In this document: piece by piece, positions 20,412 to 30,188 of the stretch
Numbering within the stretch: the first letter of the stretch is position 1
Layout of the letters: each line of letters opens with the position of its first letter
Assembly: GCA_977020255.1 (NCBI GenBank)
Contig: CDROCS010003840.1
Span: 310,001 to 372,849 of the forward strand
Reading direction: 5' to 3'
Length of the DNA stretch: 62,849 nt
DNA from: Obrimoposthia wandeli
Taxonomy: Eukaryota
Notes under the pieces: generated by a model
Told to the model about the DNA's origin: nothing
The model's input: only the letters and a program-made list of their open reading frames with translations
Database searches by the model: none
Program-made: the position numbers and the translations under genes

Positions 20412-20457
20412 CCCAAAAAATTCGCCCGATTCTAAAAGCATACACGTACTAAGTAAA
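20412..20457 (-). promoter_or_regulatory. pyrC sigma70 promoter with a T6 tract in the initially transcribed region
   Basis: -35 TTTACT (20457-20452), 17 bp, -10 TAGAAT (20434-20429), then CGGGC-G-AATTTTTTG-GGAGGG. Confidence 0.65.
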
Positions 20458-20495
20458 GGTCAATTATCGCACTAACCGCCAATTGTTGATTAATA

Positions 20496-20511
20496 ACGCA
20501 ATCGTTTGGCT
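20496..20511. promoter_or_regulatory. PurR box upstream of pyrC
   Basis: ACGCAATCGTTTGGCT, 13/16 to ACGCAAACGTTTGCGT; E. coli pyrC is PurR-repressed. Confidence 0.65.
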
Positions 20512-20553
20512 TTAACCCACTATAAGTTTAGTTGAATGAGCATAATTCCAATT

Positions 20554-20575
20554 TATACCCAAGCCACTTCAAGGT
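20554..20575. repeat. Relic end of palindromic repeat family A
   Basis: TATACCCAAGCCACTTCAAGGT, similar to 23432-23485 and to the reverse complement of 26996-27019. Confidence 0.5.
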
Positions 20576-20620
20576 CGCTGTAAAGTAAAATACAAGAATA
20601 AGACATAAGTGGAAAAAAAT

Positions 20621-20644
20621 AAAAGGTCAGCAGATGCTGACCTT
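20621..20644 (-). terminator. Intrinsic terminator after the MCP gene
   Basis: AAGGTCAGC-aga-TGCTGACCTT with a U-tract on the minus strand. Confidence 0.65.
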
Positions 20645-20683
20645 AATAGTGGTGGATTTTTAGCTTATGATGCGTTGTTGGTT

Positions 20684-22687
20684 TTAGAGTTTAAATCGGT
20701 GTACTAGTGTACTTTGCTGATTGGCAAGTTCATCAAGTTTAGAGCTGGCGTTTGCCACTTCTTCCATAGAGCTAAAGTTTGCATCGGCAATATGACTGAT
20801 GTCTTCAAGGCTACGCGCGATAGAACCTGTCGTACATTGCTGCTCTTCAGCGGCTTGAGCAATTTGTGCACTCATTTGACTGATTTCCAAAATTAGAGCT
20901 TGAATCTCTTCCATTGCACCGTTGGCATCAGAGGCTTGTGTAATGCTGCTTGTCATTTCAGATACACAGGTTTGCATGACGTTAACCGCTTGCCCTGAAC
21001 TTGATTGTAAACTTTGAATCATCTTTTCAATTTCAGATGTTGAATCAGTGGTGCGTTTAGCCAGTACTCTGACTTCATCGGCGACGACTGCAAAACCACG
21101 ACCTTGATCGCCAGCTCGTGCCGCTTCAATTGCCGCATTCAATGCCAGTAAATTGGTTTGATCGGCAATATTTCGAATAACATCAAGAATTGAACCGATA
21201 CTATTACTCATCTCTTGTAGTTTAGAAACGGCATTAACGGATTCATCTAAACGGTCTGAAAGTTGGTGTGCAGTGTGAATGTTTTTGCTCATCACATCAC
21301 GACCGATTTCTGATGCCTTTTCTACTGCGTGTACGCGCTCCATCGATTGCTGTGCACTTAGCGACACATCGGTAACAGATTGCTCCATTTCGGTCATGGC
21401 GGTAGCAACAGAGGCTGTTTGCTGCCGTTGCTCATTCAATCGGTGCTTTGCTTCTGTTGTGGTTGATTGGTTCTTTGCCGCCACCTTTGTTAACCCTTCC
21501 GATGCTTGGCTTAGTTTACTGAGTATTTCTTGTAAATTATCAGCAAGCTTATTGATGTGGTGGCTTAATTTGTCGAATTCAATAAAAGTATTGCCATTGA
21601 TTCGTTGGGTCATATCACCATCGGTTAAGGCTTCTAACGTTTTTAAGGTTGATACAAGCGGTTTTCGTACGCAACCAGCAAGATACCAGCCAATGAATAT
21701 AGCCAGTAGTGAAACGCAGATACCGATTAAAATAGAGTTGATATAGCCTTGGCTGTAGGTCTTATTGGCACTTTCTATTGCAGAATCCATCTGCGAATTT
21801 GCAAGTACTCTGAAGTTATCAAGTAGCACCATTGCTTGATCAATTTCAGCGGCTAATACGGCAATATTGTCGTATAAACGATTTTTTGCTTCGATATATT
21901 CGTAATGTTGATCAAGCACGCCACCTTTTTGGCCTATATCGAGGGTGTACTGAGCGACTGTCTTGTCAAAAATGTTTTTTAATTCGGGTAATTGGTATGT
22001 AAGGCCTCGATAGGCTTGACCGAGGTGGTTAACAAATTTTTTATTGCTTTTAAGCGCCTTTTCAATTTTTGCTATATCTTCGGTTGCAAGGGCATCCGAT
22101 GTGATCGCCTCCGTTTTAGCGAGCTGTTTAAAGTAGCTCATCGCGATCATTTTTACGGAAAGATTATCTTGATCAGCAATATATTCTTTCATACGCACAT
22201 TGAGTTCAGTGTGTAGCTGTTGAAAGCGGCGTGTTGATTGTTGGCGTTCTTCTTGGGCGAGCAATTGAACACGGTAGTTGTTCATTGCGTTGTGTGCTTC
22301 GTTGAAATAACGCTCTTCTAATGCAGAGAGGTCTTCAAGGTAAGCATTTAACGTTGGGTTGCCTTTTGCCACTTTAGCAAGTTGATCTCTTGCTTGTATA
22401 AACGTTTCTTGAGCTTGAGTAAAGTTAGCTTCATAGGTTTGCATTCGAGTAGGGTTTTGCGTGGTAAGGTAATCCTTAAAAATTTTATCGGCAGCTAGCA
22501 GACTGACACTTGTTTGGTTTGTAGTGGAAACAAGCGGGAGTGCATTGGTCGTAACAGATTCAAGTTGTTGATGAATGCGGCTTGTTCCATCAAGCATCAG
22601 AACAATGGTGGCAATAAGTAGTGCGACCATTAGCGCAAACCCAGCATATATTCGTTGTATCACTGAGGTTTGTTTTTTTGATTTCAT
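20684..22687 (-). CDS. Methyl-accepting chemotaxis protein
   Basis: Two TM segments, long helical periplasmic domain, [38 protein letters not shown] hairpin tip. Confidence 0.95.
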   Translation of the reverse strand: MKSKKQTSVIQRIYAGFALMVALLIATIVLMLDGTSRIHQQLESVTTNALPLVSTTNQTSVSLLAADKIFKDYLTTQNPTRMQTYEANFTQAQETFIQARDQLAKVAKGNPTLNAYLEDLSALEERYFNEAHNAMNNYRVQLLAQEERQQSTRRFQQLHTELNVRMKEYIADQDNLSVKMIAMSYFKQLAKTEAITSDALATEDIAKIEKALKSNKKFVNHLGQAYRGLTYQLPELKNIFDKTVAQYTLDIGQKGGVLDQHYEYIEAKNRLYDNIAVLAAEIDQAMVLLDNFRVLANSQMDSAIESANKTYSQGYINSILIGICVSLLAIFIGWYLAGCVRKPLVSTLKTLEALTDGDMTQRINGNTFIEFDKLSHHINKLADNLQEILSKLSQASEGLTKVAAKNQSTTTEAKHRLNEQRQQTASVATAMTEMEQSVTDVSLSAQQSMERVHAVEKASEIGRDVMSKNIHTAHQLSDRLDESVNAVSKLQEMSNSIGSILDVIRNIADQTNLLALNAAIEAARAGDQGRGFAVVADEVRVLAKRTTDSTSEIEKMIQSLQSSSGQAVNVMQTCVSEMTSSITQASDANGAMEEIQALILEISQMSAQIAQAAEEQQCTTGSIARSLEDISHIADANFSSMEEVANASSKLDELANQQSTLVHRFKL

Positions 22688-23072
22688 AATATCCCTAAAG
22701 AGTATATTTCAAGGTGAGCATTCAATGCTGACTCACAACGTTAATTTAGAATGAGACTTTATTAATTACATTGTATGAACTTGTCTGTATTGGCTTTTCA
22801 TCATTCTTGTTGCTGAATTTTTATCACTGAAGTAAGTCGTTAGAAACAAGGGGAAATCGACCTTTCATTACTCTATCAGTCTTTTTAAGAACGTTATTAT
22901 CATCCTTAATCATAAATAATTGATTGAACGCATACTATGACGGCTGCATCAAAAAAAACTTATTTGATGCAAATTTCACTGGTAAATACGTTTAAAACAG
23001 TGTCCAATATTGCTCTGTGCGTTTTACTCAAGCATACTGATGACGTTAGTTTTAATCTAAACGGAGCTTGAT

Positions 23073-23423
23073 ATGGCAGAAGAAACTATATTCAGTAAAA
23101 TTATTCGCAAAGAAATTCCAGCAGATGTCTTGTATCAAGATGATTTGGTCACGGCTTTTCGTGATATCAATCCACGAGCACCGAGCCATATCTTAATTAT
23201 TCCTAATAAGCTTATTCCTACAGTGAATGATGTAGAAGCTGAAGATGAAGTAATGATGGGGCGCATGTTCACTGTTGCACGTAAGCTAGCAGAGAAAGAG
23301 GGTGTTGCAGAAAATGGTTACCGTTTAATCGTGAATTGTAACCCGCATGGTGGACAAGAAGTTTACCATATTCATATGCATTTACTGGGTGGTCGTCCAT
23401 TAGGGCCGATGTTAGTCGGGTAA
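23073..23423 (+). CDS. hinT: Purine nucleoside phosphoramidase HinT
   Basis: [11 protein letters not shown] motif HIHMHLLGG. Confidence 0.95.
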   Translation: MAEETIFSKIIRKEIPADVLYQDDLVTAFRDINPRAPSHILIIPNKLIPTVNDVEAEDEVMMGRMFTVARKLAEKEGVAENGYRLIVNCNPHGGQEVYHIHMHLLGGRPLGPMLVG

Positions 23424-23431
23424 AGTAAATG

Positions 23432-23485
23432 TAATACCCGAGTCGCTTTAAGGTGCAAACGTGTATCTTGAAGTGACCTCGGATG
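23432..23485. repeat. Collapsed palindromic repeat, family A
   Basis: TAATACCCGAGTCGCTTTAAGGTGCA-aacg-TGTATCTTGAAGTGACCTCGGAT imperfect inverted repeat. Confidence 0.5.
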
Positions 23486-23591
23486 GTCTTTGTCTGTTTT
23501 TATATCGCTAAACTTGAGTATATTTGTCAGTCTTTTTCGTTTTAATCGAAACAGGGCTAGTATTCTAATATCTCAGGTTTTTTCATAGGAT

Positions 23592-24992
23592 GTGGTTATC
23601 AAATTCATGTTTAAACATGCCACAGTAGTGCTGCTTTCTTTCAGTTTGATGGCCTGTGCTAACTTATCTACTCAGAATTTGTTTAGCCATTATAGTGCTG
23701 CAAATGCTGATTCGCACTTGGCGCTAGAGCAAGGTTTATATAGTAAAGCTGTTGATGCACTACCCGATGCCCCTGCAGGGGATATTCTTGATGGTATGGA
23801 ACGCGGTCGAATAAGTTTTGTCGCTCAGCAATATCCAATCAGTTTTGGTGCTTTTCAGCGTGCCGATATGGCAGTGAAAGAGCAGCAACGCCAAGCAACT
23901 ATTCAGGTTTCGGAAGGCTTGAATCAGGCGGGAGCTCTGTTAACAAACGATAATATGATCACCTATGAGCCTGCCGATTATGAGCTGGGCTTTTTACATC
24001 TTTATTTAGCATTGAATTATCTTGAGCAAAAAAAACTTGAAGGCGCCTTAATTGAAGTTCGTCGTGCCAATCAGGTGCAAGAAGCGGCGCGTAAGCAGCG
24101 TGAGGCGCAATTAAAGAGTGCAGAAAAAGAAGTACAGAAAAAAGGTATTAGCAATAATGTTGGCGCTGTACTCGCTCGTTATCCTGATGCAGGAAAAAAG
24201 CTTGGTCAGGTGCAAAATGGTTATTTATTCTATCTGTCAGGGGTGTTGTATGAAGCCGATGGCAATTTGAACGACGCCTATATTGATTACAAGCGTGCTT
24301 TTGCAGTTGCACCGAATAATACCTTTATAGCGAATACCGTTTTACGTGTAGCAACAGCCTTGAATATGACAAACGATTTACCGACCTTACAAGCACGTTA
24401 TGGCAAGTATGAAAAGCCAGTGCAAGGCAATGGTCGTGTTGTTATTTTTGATGAGCAAGGTGTGGTACAAGCGCTTGATAATTGGCGTTTGCCATTATGG
24501 TTACCTGATAGCCGTGGTGATGGTGCAATATACAATTTAGCATTGCCGTATTATTCGAATAAACCAGTTAAACGTTTTACGCCGTTAAAGTTAGACAACC
24601 AGCCAGTGAATGGCGGGCAAGTTACGAGCGTGAACGATATGGCAAAAAACAGCTTAAACGAAGCACTACCCGCTATTGTTGTTCGACAATCATTACGTGT
24701 ACTGGCTAAAAATGAAGTGCGTAAATCGGCAGCAAGTAAGGGAAATGATGTCGGTAACATTTTAGCGAATATCTTTAATACCTTAACAGAGCAACCAGAT
24801 ACCCGAAGTTGGCAGTCGTTACCTGCAAATGTGGATATCTATCATAAGGACTTAAGTGCTGGAACACATAACTTAAGTTGGAATGGACAGCAATTGAATG
24901 TCGATGTGAAAGCTAATCGAACAACCATGGTTTGGGTGTCTCGACAAGGTAATAAGATTAGCTGGTGGTCGACGCTATTAGGAGGAATCTAA
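23592..24992 (+). CDS. COG3014-type uncharacterised helical-repeat lipoprotein
   Basis: Lipobox LMAC; TPR-like helices (YLALNYL, YLSGVLYEA, AYIDYKRA); C-terminal EQPDTRSWQSLP motif typical of this family. Confidence 0.75.
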   Translation: MVIKFMFKHATVVLLSFSLMACANLSTQNLFSHYSAANADSHLALEQGLYSKAVDALPDAPAGDILDGMERGRISFVAQQYPISFGAFQRADMAVKEQQRQATIQVSEGLNQAGALLTNDNMITYEPADYELGFLHLYLALNYLEQKKLEGALIEVRRANQVQEAARKQREAQLKSAEKEVQKKGISNNVGAVLARYPDAGKKLGQVQNGYLFYLSGVLYEADGNLNDAYIDYKRAFAVAPNNTFIANTVLRVATALNMTNDLPTLQARYGKYEKPVQGNGRVVIFDEQGVVQALDNWRLPLWLPDSRGDGAIYNLALPYYSNKPVKRFTPLKLDNQPVNGGQVTSVNDMAKNSLNEALPAIVVRQSLRVLAKNEVRKSAASKGNDVGNILANIFNTLTEQPDTRSWQSLPANVDIYHKDLSAGTHNLSWNGQQLNVDVKANRTTMVWVSRQGNKISWWSTLLGGI

Positions 24993-25378
24993 TGAAATAT
25001 TTATCCATATTGTTATTCGCTTTCGCACTCACTGCCTGTAGTACAACTACATCGGGCATCAGTATTGAAAGTAGTAACCAAAATGTCGTTATTGGTAATT
25101 CATCACTGGCGAATCGTTTATCCATTGAACGTGCAACCGTTGGTCATAATAATGGCTTAATGAAAGCAGGCGTACCTGTAACAAGCAAAATCAGTAGTGA
25201 TTTAGAGCTACAATATCGTTTTTACTGGTATGACGGTCAAGGCTTAGAGATTAGTGGTAGTGATTCACCTTGGCGTCAATTTGTCTTACACGGCAAAGAC
25301 ACCATGACATTGCAGGCAATGGCAAGAAGCCAAGAAGCGAAGCAATACCGTATTTATATTCGAGAAGCTAATTATTAA
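24992..25378 (+). CDS. ycfL: YcfL (DUF1425) lipoprotein
   Basis: Start ATG 24992; lipobox LTAC; LQYRFYWYDGQGLE motif. Confidence 0.88.
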   Translation: MKYLSILLFAFALTACSTTTSGISIESSNQNVVIGNSSLANRLSIERATVGHNNGLMKAGVPVTSKISSDLELQYRFYWYDGQGLEISGSDSPWRQFVLHGKDTMTLQAMARSQEAKQYRIYIREANY

Positions 25379-25407
25379 TTACAAATACAACCATTGAAGG
25401 TAAGAAA

Positions 25408-26001
25408 ATGAAAAAAAGTATTATTGCAGTATTGGGTGTCGCTGTTTTATTAGGTGGTTGTGCGCAAAAGGTTAGCTATGGCGATGCACAACAAGCAGAA
25501 ACAACAACGATTGAATTTGGCTCAACGGATTTGCAGAAAATTGCAGAAGAGATGACAGATAGCATGCTAGCGTCTGGCTCTGTTGCTGCGATTACTGGTG
25601 CAAACCAGCGTCCGATTATCGTTGTTGATAGTATTAAGAACAAAACCAGTGAACATATTGATACCGAATCTGTAACCGATTCAATCAGTACACGTTTACT
25701 TAACTCTGGTAAGTTCCGTTTTGTTGATATGACGCGTGTTGAGTCAGTACGCAAGCAACTTAACTTCCAAAATGATGATGAGCTAGTTAACCAAAGTACT
25801 GCAATTCAGTTTGGTCAAATGGTTGGTGCTCAGTACATGCTGTACGGCAACCTATCAAGCATTGTGAAACAAGCTGGTAGCGATAAAGACGTTTACTACA
25901 AAATGACAATGCGTCTAATGGACTTGAAAACAGGTCTGATTGAGTGGGCAGATGAAACTGAAATTCGCAAGCAAGAAGCAAAAAGCTTACTTGGTTGGTA
26001 A
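25408..26001 (+). CDS. lpoB: Penicillin-binding protein activator LpoB
   Basis: Lipobox LGGC; FGSTDLQ, IKNKTSEHID, SGKFRFVD, AIQFGQMVGAQYMLYG. Confidence 0.88.
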   Translation: MKKSIIAVLGVAVLLGGCAQKVSYGDAQQAETTTIEFGSTDLQKIAEEMTDSMLASGSVAAITGANQRPIIVVDSIKNKTSEHIDTESVTDSISTRLLNSGKFRFVDMTRVESVRKQLNFQNDDELVNQSTAIQFGQMVGAQYMLYGNLSSIVKQAGSDKDVYYKMTMRLMDLKTGLIEWADETEIRKQEAKSLLGW

Positions 26002-26032
26002 TCTCAGTTAATTCACATCAGTGATAAATGAT

Positions 26033-26088
26033 TTAGGTTATTGCTTGTTCGTTATATCGACCGATATAACTGAGCAGGAATAACCTAA
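26033..26088. other. 56-nt imperfect intercistronic hairpin
   Basis: TTAGGTTATT-GCTTGTTC-GTTATATCG ac CGATATAAC-TGAGCAGG-AATAACCTAA. Confidence 0.7.
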
Positions 26089-26123
26089 TTTTATTAGAAA
26101 GATACTAGTTAAAAAGGTACTAA

Positions 26124-26975
26124 GTGGAATCATTCGATCAATCAGTGCTTAGTGCTCTAGCCGATGTTGAATTTGTTACTGCAAGGCCGCTTTCGGGCGG
26201 TCTTAGTAATCGATGTTGGTTGCTTGAATTACGGCATTATAGTTCTGCATCTCAGCTAGTTAGATCAACAACTCGTCAGTATGTCTGGCGACCTAATGCG
26301 GCTTCTTCTCGTGCTTTTGGGGTTTCTCGTCAACACGAATATCAAGTTTTATCATTAATTCAGTCTCAATATATTGCTCCTGCACCGTATCAGTTATTAG
26401 ACGGGGGCCTATTAGTTGAGTGGGTGATTGGGCACCAACACCCATTATTATCAGATGTTGATTTAATGACATTGCAAGCGAGGGTGCATCAACTCCCTGT
26501 GCCGGCTTGGCGGTTAGATGTAAAATCCAAACTTGAGCATTATTGGCAGTTCATACCTGAACATGTAAAAACACCCGTTCTTCAGTCTTTGTATGCTGAC
26601 TTCCAACATAAAGCAGTACCGAACGGTTTTACTGATACGTGTTGTCATCATGATTTAGGCCGTTACAACATCATTCAGACAAAAGATGGTTCACATAAAG
26701 TGATTGATTGGGAATATGCTGCGGCAGGTGACCCATCATTAGATCTCGCGTTAACCATTAATGCCAACGGGCTCGACCCTTTAATGGCGGTGAATGCATA
26801 TTGTTCAGCGCTTCATATAACAGACACTCAAGCATGGCATAATGCAGTAGCAGTGTGGCAGCCGTGGTGTGAATTCTTGGCTTTATTGTGGTTTCTTGTT
26901 GGGGCTGAACTTTGGCAAGATGACACATACACGGAACAAGCCTTGCAGCTGCTGGTTGCACTTACCTCAAAATAA
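26124..26975 (+). CDS. Phosphotransferase, APH/choline-kinase fold, ThiK (YcfN)-like
   Basis: LSGGLSNRCW, CHHDLGRYNI (HxDxxxxN), IDWEYA; occupies the thiK position after lpoB. Confidence 0.8.
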   Translation: MESFDQSVLSALADVEFVTARPLSGGLSNRCWLLELRHYSSASQLVRSTTRQYVWRPNAASSRAFGVSRQHEYQVLSLIQSQYIAPAPYQLLDGGLLVEWVIGHQHPLLSDVDLMTLQARVHQLPVPAWRLDVKSKLEHYWQFIPEHVKTPVLQSLYADFQHKAVPNGFTDTCCHHDLGRYNIIQTKDGSHKVIDWEYAAAGDPSLDLALTINANGLDPLMAVNAYCSALHITDTQAWHNAVAVWQPWCEFLALLWFLVGAELWQDDTYTEQALQLLVALTSK

Positions 26976-26995
26976 AAGTTCTTTCGTTGATATGA

Positions 26996-27019
26996 GTATC
27001 TAAAGTTAACTTGGGTATA
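26996..27019. repeat. Relic end of palindromic repeat family A
   Basis: GTATCTAAAGTTAACTTGGGTATA (reverse complement TATACCCAAGTTAACTTTAGATAC). Confidence 0.5.
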
Positions 27020-27056
27020 TAGTTTATATATCAGTTGAGCGGGGTATTATCGACGA

Positions 27057-27905
27057 ATGACTAAAAATCGAACACGATGGGTGTGTTGTTCACTTATGAT
27101 TATATTGCTTACTGGGTGTACGCTACGGCTTGGCTACAATACATTGAATTTTTGGGTTACCTATTATCTCGCAGATTATGTCAGCCTTAACTCAACGCAA
27201 GAACGTGCATTTGAAAGAAACCTAGATATAGCGTTGGTGACCCACCGAGCTAAAGAGCTGCCTAAATTCCATCGGTTAATTGATAAGTTGCAAGCGGACT
27301 TGGCTAAACCGCTTAGCTTTAATCAAATTCGCGGCTATTATTTAACGTTCACTGAGGCAGGTAAAGAGTCTACGAGTGTTTTGTCTAAACCTTTTGCTGC
27401 AATGATTCAATCGCTAAGTGTAAGTCAAATTAACGAATTGAATCGTAGCTTAGAGACAAAAATCGAGCAGGTTATAGCGAAAAGGAAGAAATTATCGCCC
27501 AAGGGAAAAGTCGTTATTCGGCGTGATAAATTACAAGATGCAGCCCGTGGTTGGATAGGTTCTTTGTCTAATAAACAAAAATCGATATTGCTTGAATTGG
27601 CTGAATATCAGGTTGAAATGGAACCAGTATTCTTTTCAATATGGCGGGATTTTATTCGTGATTGGAAAACGCTAATGAAAAACCGGAATAAGCCTGATTT
27701 CGAACCTACACTGAATGTGTTATTACAGCAATTGTTCGCTTTCGAAAACGCAAAGGTACAGACTGATATCAATGTTTATTTAGCGAGGCGCTTCGATGTA
27801 TTACGTCGATTAAACCATACATTAAGTAGTAAGCAGACACGTTATTTGAATAGTAAGCTGGTTGATATGCGAAAAGATATCGCTATGTTGATCAATGAAA
27901 AATGA
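27057..27905 (+). CDS. Uncharacterised lipoprotein, DUF6279-like
   Basis: LTGC lipobox followed by LGYNTLNFWVTYYLADYVSL, which resembles the DUF6279 N-terminus from memory; basic and helical. Confidence 0.65.
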   Translation: MTKNRTRWVCCSLMIILLTGCTLRLGYNTLNFWVTYYLADYVSLNSTQERAFERNLDIALVTHRAKELPKFHRLIDKLQADLAKPLSFNQIRGYYLTFTEAGKESTSVLSKPFAAMIQSLSVSQINELNRSLETKIEQVIAKRKKLSPKGKVVIRRDKLQDAARGWIGSLSNKQKSILLELAEYQVEMEPVFFSIWRDFIRDWKTLMKNRNKPDFEPTLNVLLQQLFAFENAKVQTDINVYLARRFDVLRRLNHTLSSKQTRYLNSKLVDMRKDIAMLINEK

Positions 27906-28048
27906 TGTTTTTGCAAACGGAGTCATAGTTTTCAATTTCAGCCTTTTAAACCTTACAAAACATGTTAGATTAAATTCTTGTAACGAAAAAATGCATAATT
28001 ACACGCCAGATGGTAGTGTTTTGTTAAGAGCAGCAAGAGGGAGATAAT

Positions 28049-28585
28049 ATGATTATTTATCTGCACGGCTTTGATTCAAACAGCCCAGGTAATCACGAGA
28101 AAGTGTTACAACTGCAATTTATTGACTCTGATGTGCGTTTCGTTAACTACAGCACCTTGCATCCTAAGCACGATATGCAGCATTTAATTAAAGAAGTGCA
28201 TAAACTAACAGAAGAGTCAGGCGATCCTAAACCATTAATTTGTGGGGTTGGCCTTGGTGGCTATTGGGCAGAAAGAATTGGATTTTTATGCGGTATCAAA
28301 CAGGTTATTTTTAACCCGAATCTAAACCCGTACGTCAATATGGAAGGAAAGATTGACCGCCCTGAGGAATATATCGACATCGGGACAAAGTGTGTTACCG
28401 ATTTTCGTGAAAAAAATGCAGGTAATTGCCTCTGTATACTTTCAACTAATGATGAAGTGTTAGATAATCAGATCACAAGTGATGCGCTCAGTGATTTCTA
28501 TAAAATCATTTGGGATGAGACACAAAATCATAAATTTAAAAAGATCTCGCAGCATCTACAAGCTATGAAAGCGTTTAAAGAATAG
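28049..28585 (+). CDS. ycfP: Alpha/beta hydrolase-fold protein YcfP (UPF0227)
   Basis: [30 protein letters not shown]. Confidence 0.93.
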   Translation: MIIYLHGFDSNSPGNHEKVLQLQFIDSDVRFVNYSTLHPKHDMQHLIKEVHKLTEESGDPKPLICGVGLGGYWAERIGFLCGIKQVIFNPNLNPYVNMEGKIDRPEEYIDIGTKCVTDFREKNAGNCLCILSTNDEVLDNQITSDALSDFYKIIWDETQNHKFKKISQHLQAMKAFKE

Positions 28586-28685
28586 TCTTAAGCCCTCCTA
28601 CACCTCAGACGGGTCATAGATCCGTCTGCCAGATTTAGTCAGTCTGTATATCCACAGAATTCTATAAAATAAAGAGGAAGTTATT

Positions 28686-29975
28686 GTGACGCGTATTATC
28701 GTTGTAGGCGGTGGCGCTGGTGGTCTAGAGCTTGCTACAAAGCTTGGAAGAACATTAGGTCGTAAAGGGCGCGCCCAAGTCACATTAGTTGATCGTAAAG
28801 CCAGTCATTTATGGAAACCACTTTTGCACGAAGTTGCAACAGGTTCTATGGATGCTGGTGTTGATGCTTTAAGTTACCGTGCTCATGCAAAAAATCACCA
28901 TTTCGACTTCCAGATGGGTAGTTTGAAAGAGATTGATCGTGAAACTAAGGTGATAACGTTAGCTGAGCTCCATGATGAGCACAACGAACTGTTAATGCCT
29001 GAACGTAATCTTGATTACGATATTTTGGTTATGGCGATTGGGTCGACATCAAATGACTTTAACACCCCAGGTGTAAGAGACAACTGTATTTTCCTTGATA
29101 GTCCGGAGCAAGCTCATCGTTTTCGGACTGAAATGAATAACCAATTCTTGAAGCTTCATGCGAATAAAGAATTAAAAACAGTTGATATTGCGATTGTTGG
29201 TGCCGGAGCGACAGGGGTTGAGCTATCTGCTGAACTGCATAATGCTGTTGCTGAGCTACGTACATATGGTTTTGGTGATTTAGACAGTTCACGCTTAAAC
29301 GTCAATCTTGTTGAAGCTGGTGAGCGTATTCTTCCCGCTTTACCGCCACGTATTTCATCTGCTGCTCACAGTGAATTAACAAAATTAGGTGTGAATGTTC
29401 GCACCATGACGATGGTAACGAAGGCCGATTCTACGGGCCTAACAACCAAAGATGGCGAACATATTCCTGCGCAAATCATGGTATGGGCTGCGGGTATTAA
29501 AGCGCCTGACTTCATAAAAGATATTGCAGGGCTAGAAACGAACCGCATTAACCAGTTAGTGGTTAAGCCAACGTTACAGACGACGCGTGATGACGATATT
29601 TACGCAATTGGTGATCTTGCATCATGTGTGCAAGAAGATGGTAGCTTTGTGCCACCTCGTGCGCAGGCTGCACACCAAATGGCGAGTCGTTGTTTCTCTA
29701 ATATTGTTGCTAAAATTACAGACCGTGAGCAAAAGCCTTATGTATACAGTGACCATGGTTCATTGGTATCACTGAGTCGCTTTTCTACTGTTGGTAGCTT
29801 GATGGGTAATCTGACTAAAGGCTCAATGATGATAGAAGGACGCATTGCACGTATCGTATATATTTCCCTATATCGCATGCACTTAGTGGCGCTTCATGGT
29901 GTATTTAAAACCGGCTTGATAATGTTGGTTGGCCGTATTAACCGTGTACTTCGTCCAAGTTTGAAGTTGCACTAA
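28686..29975 (+). CDS. ndh: Type II NADH dehydrogenase
   Basis: [42 protein letters not shown]. Confidence 0.95.
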   Translation: MTRIIVVGGGAGGLELATKLGRTLGRKGRAQVTLVDRKASHLWKPLLHEVATGSMDAGVDALSYRAHAKNHHFDFQMGSLKEIDRETKVITLAELHDEHNELLMPERNLDYDILVMAIGSTSNDFNTPGVRDNCIFLDSPEQAHRFRTEMNNQFLKLHANKELKTVDIAIVGAGATGVELSAELHNAVAELRTYGFGDLDSSRLNVNLVEAGERILPALPPRISSAAHSELTKLGVNVRTMTMVTKADSTGLTTKDGEHIPAQIMVWAAGIKAPDFIKDIAGLETNRINQLVVKPTLQTTRDDDIYAIGDLASCVQEDGSFVPPRAQAAHQMASRCFSNIVAKITDREQKPYVYSDHGSLVSLSRFSTVGSLMGNLTKGSMMIEGRIARIVYISLYRMHLVALHGVFKTGLIMLVGRINRVLRPSLKLH

Positions 29976-30006
29976 TACCAACCTAAATTTATCCAGATTG
30001 GTATAA
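29973..30006. repeat. Collapsed palindromic repeat, family B, starting at the ndh stop codon
   Basis: TAATACCAACCTAAAT-TTATCCAGATTGGTATAA. Confidence 0.55.
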
Positions 30007-30044
30007 TCACTGTTTGTTTGATGTTATAAAATATTAATTTAAAT

Positions 30045-30083
30045 AAAAATGCCAGCCTTGTTATAACAAGGCTGGCATTTTTT
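30045..30083. terminator. Bidirectional terminator between ndh and the FKBP gene
   Basis: AAAAATGCCAGCCTTGTT-AT-AACAAGGCTGGCATTTTT perfect inverted repeat. Confidence 0.85.
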
Positions 30084-30121
30084 ATGTCGTTTTAGTTATC
30101 TCGAGTCAAAAAGTTACTTAT

Positions 30122-30172
30122 TATACCAATCTAGACAAGTATCTGATCATTCACTTATCCAGAATGGTATTA
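30122..30172. repeat. Most complete copy of palindromic repeat family B
   Basis: TATACCAATCTAGACAAGT-atctgatcattc-ACTTATCCAGAATGGTATTA; arms match 15/18. Confidence 0.65.
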
Positions 30173-30188
30173 CTCTAATTGGTGACAG

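Noticed and set aside
22760-22830. sigma28 promoter for the MCP gene
   Set aside because: A GCCAATAC -10-like element is present but there is no TAAAG -35 at the right spacing
28644-28657. LexA-like CTGT-N6-ACAG upstream of ndh
   Set aside because: An SOS box needs an 8-bp spacer
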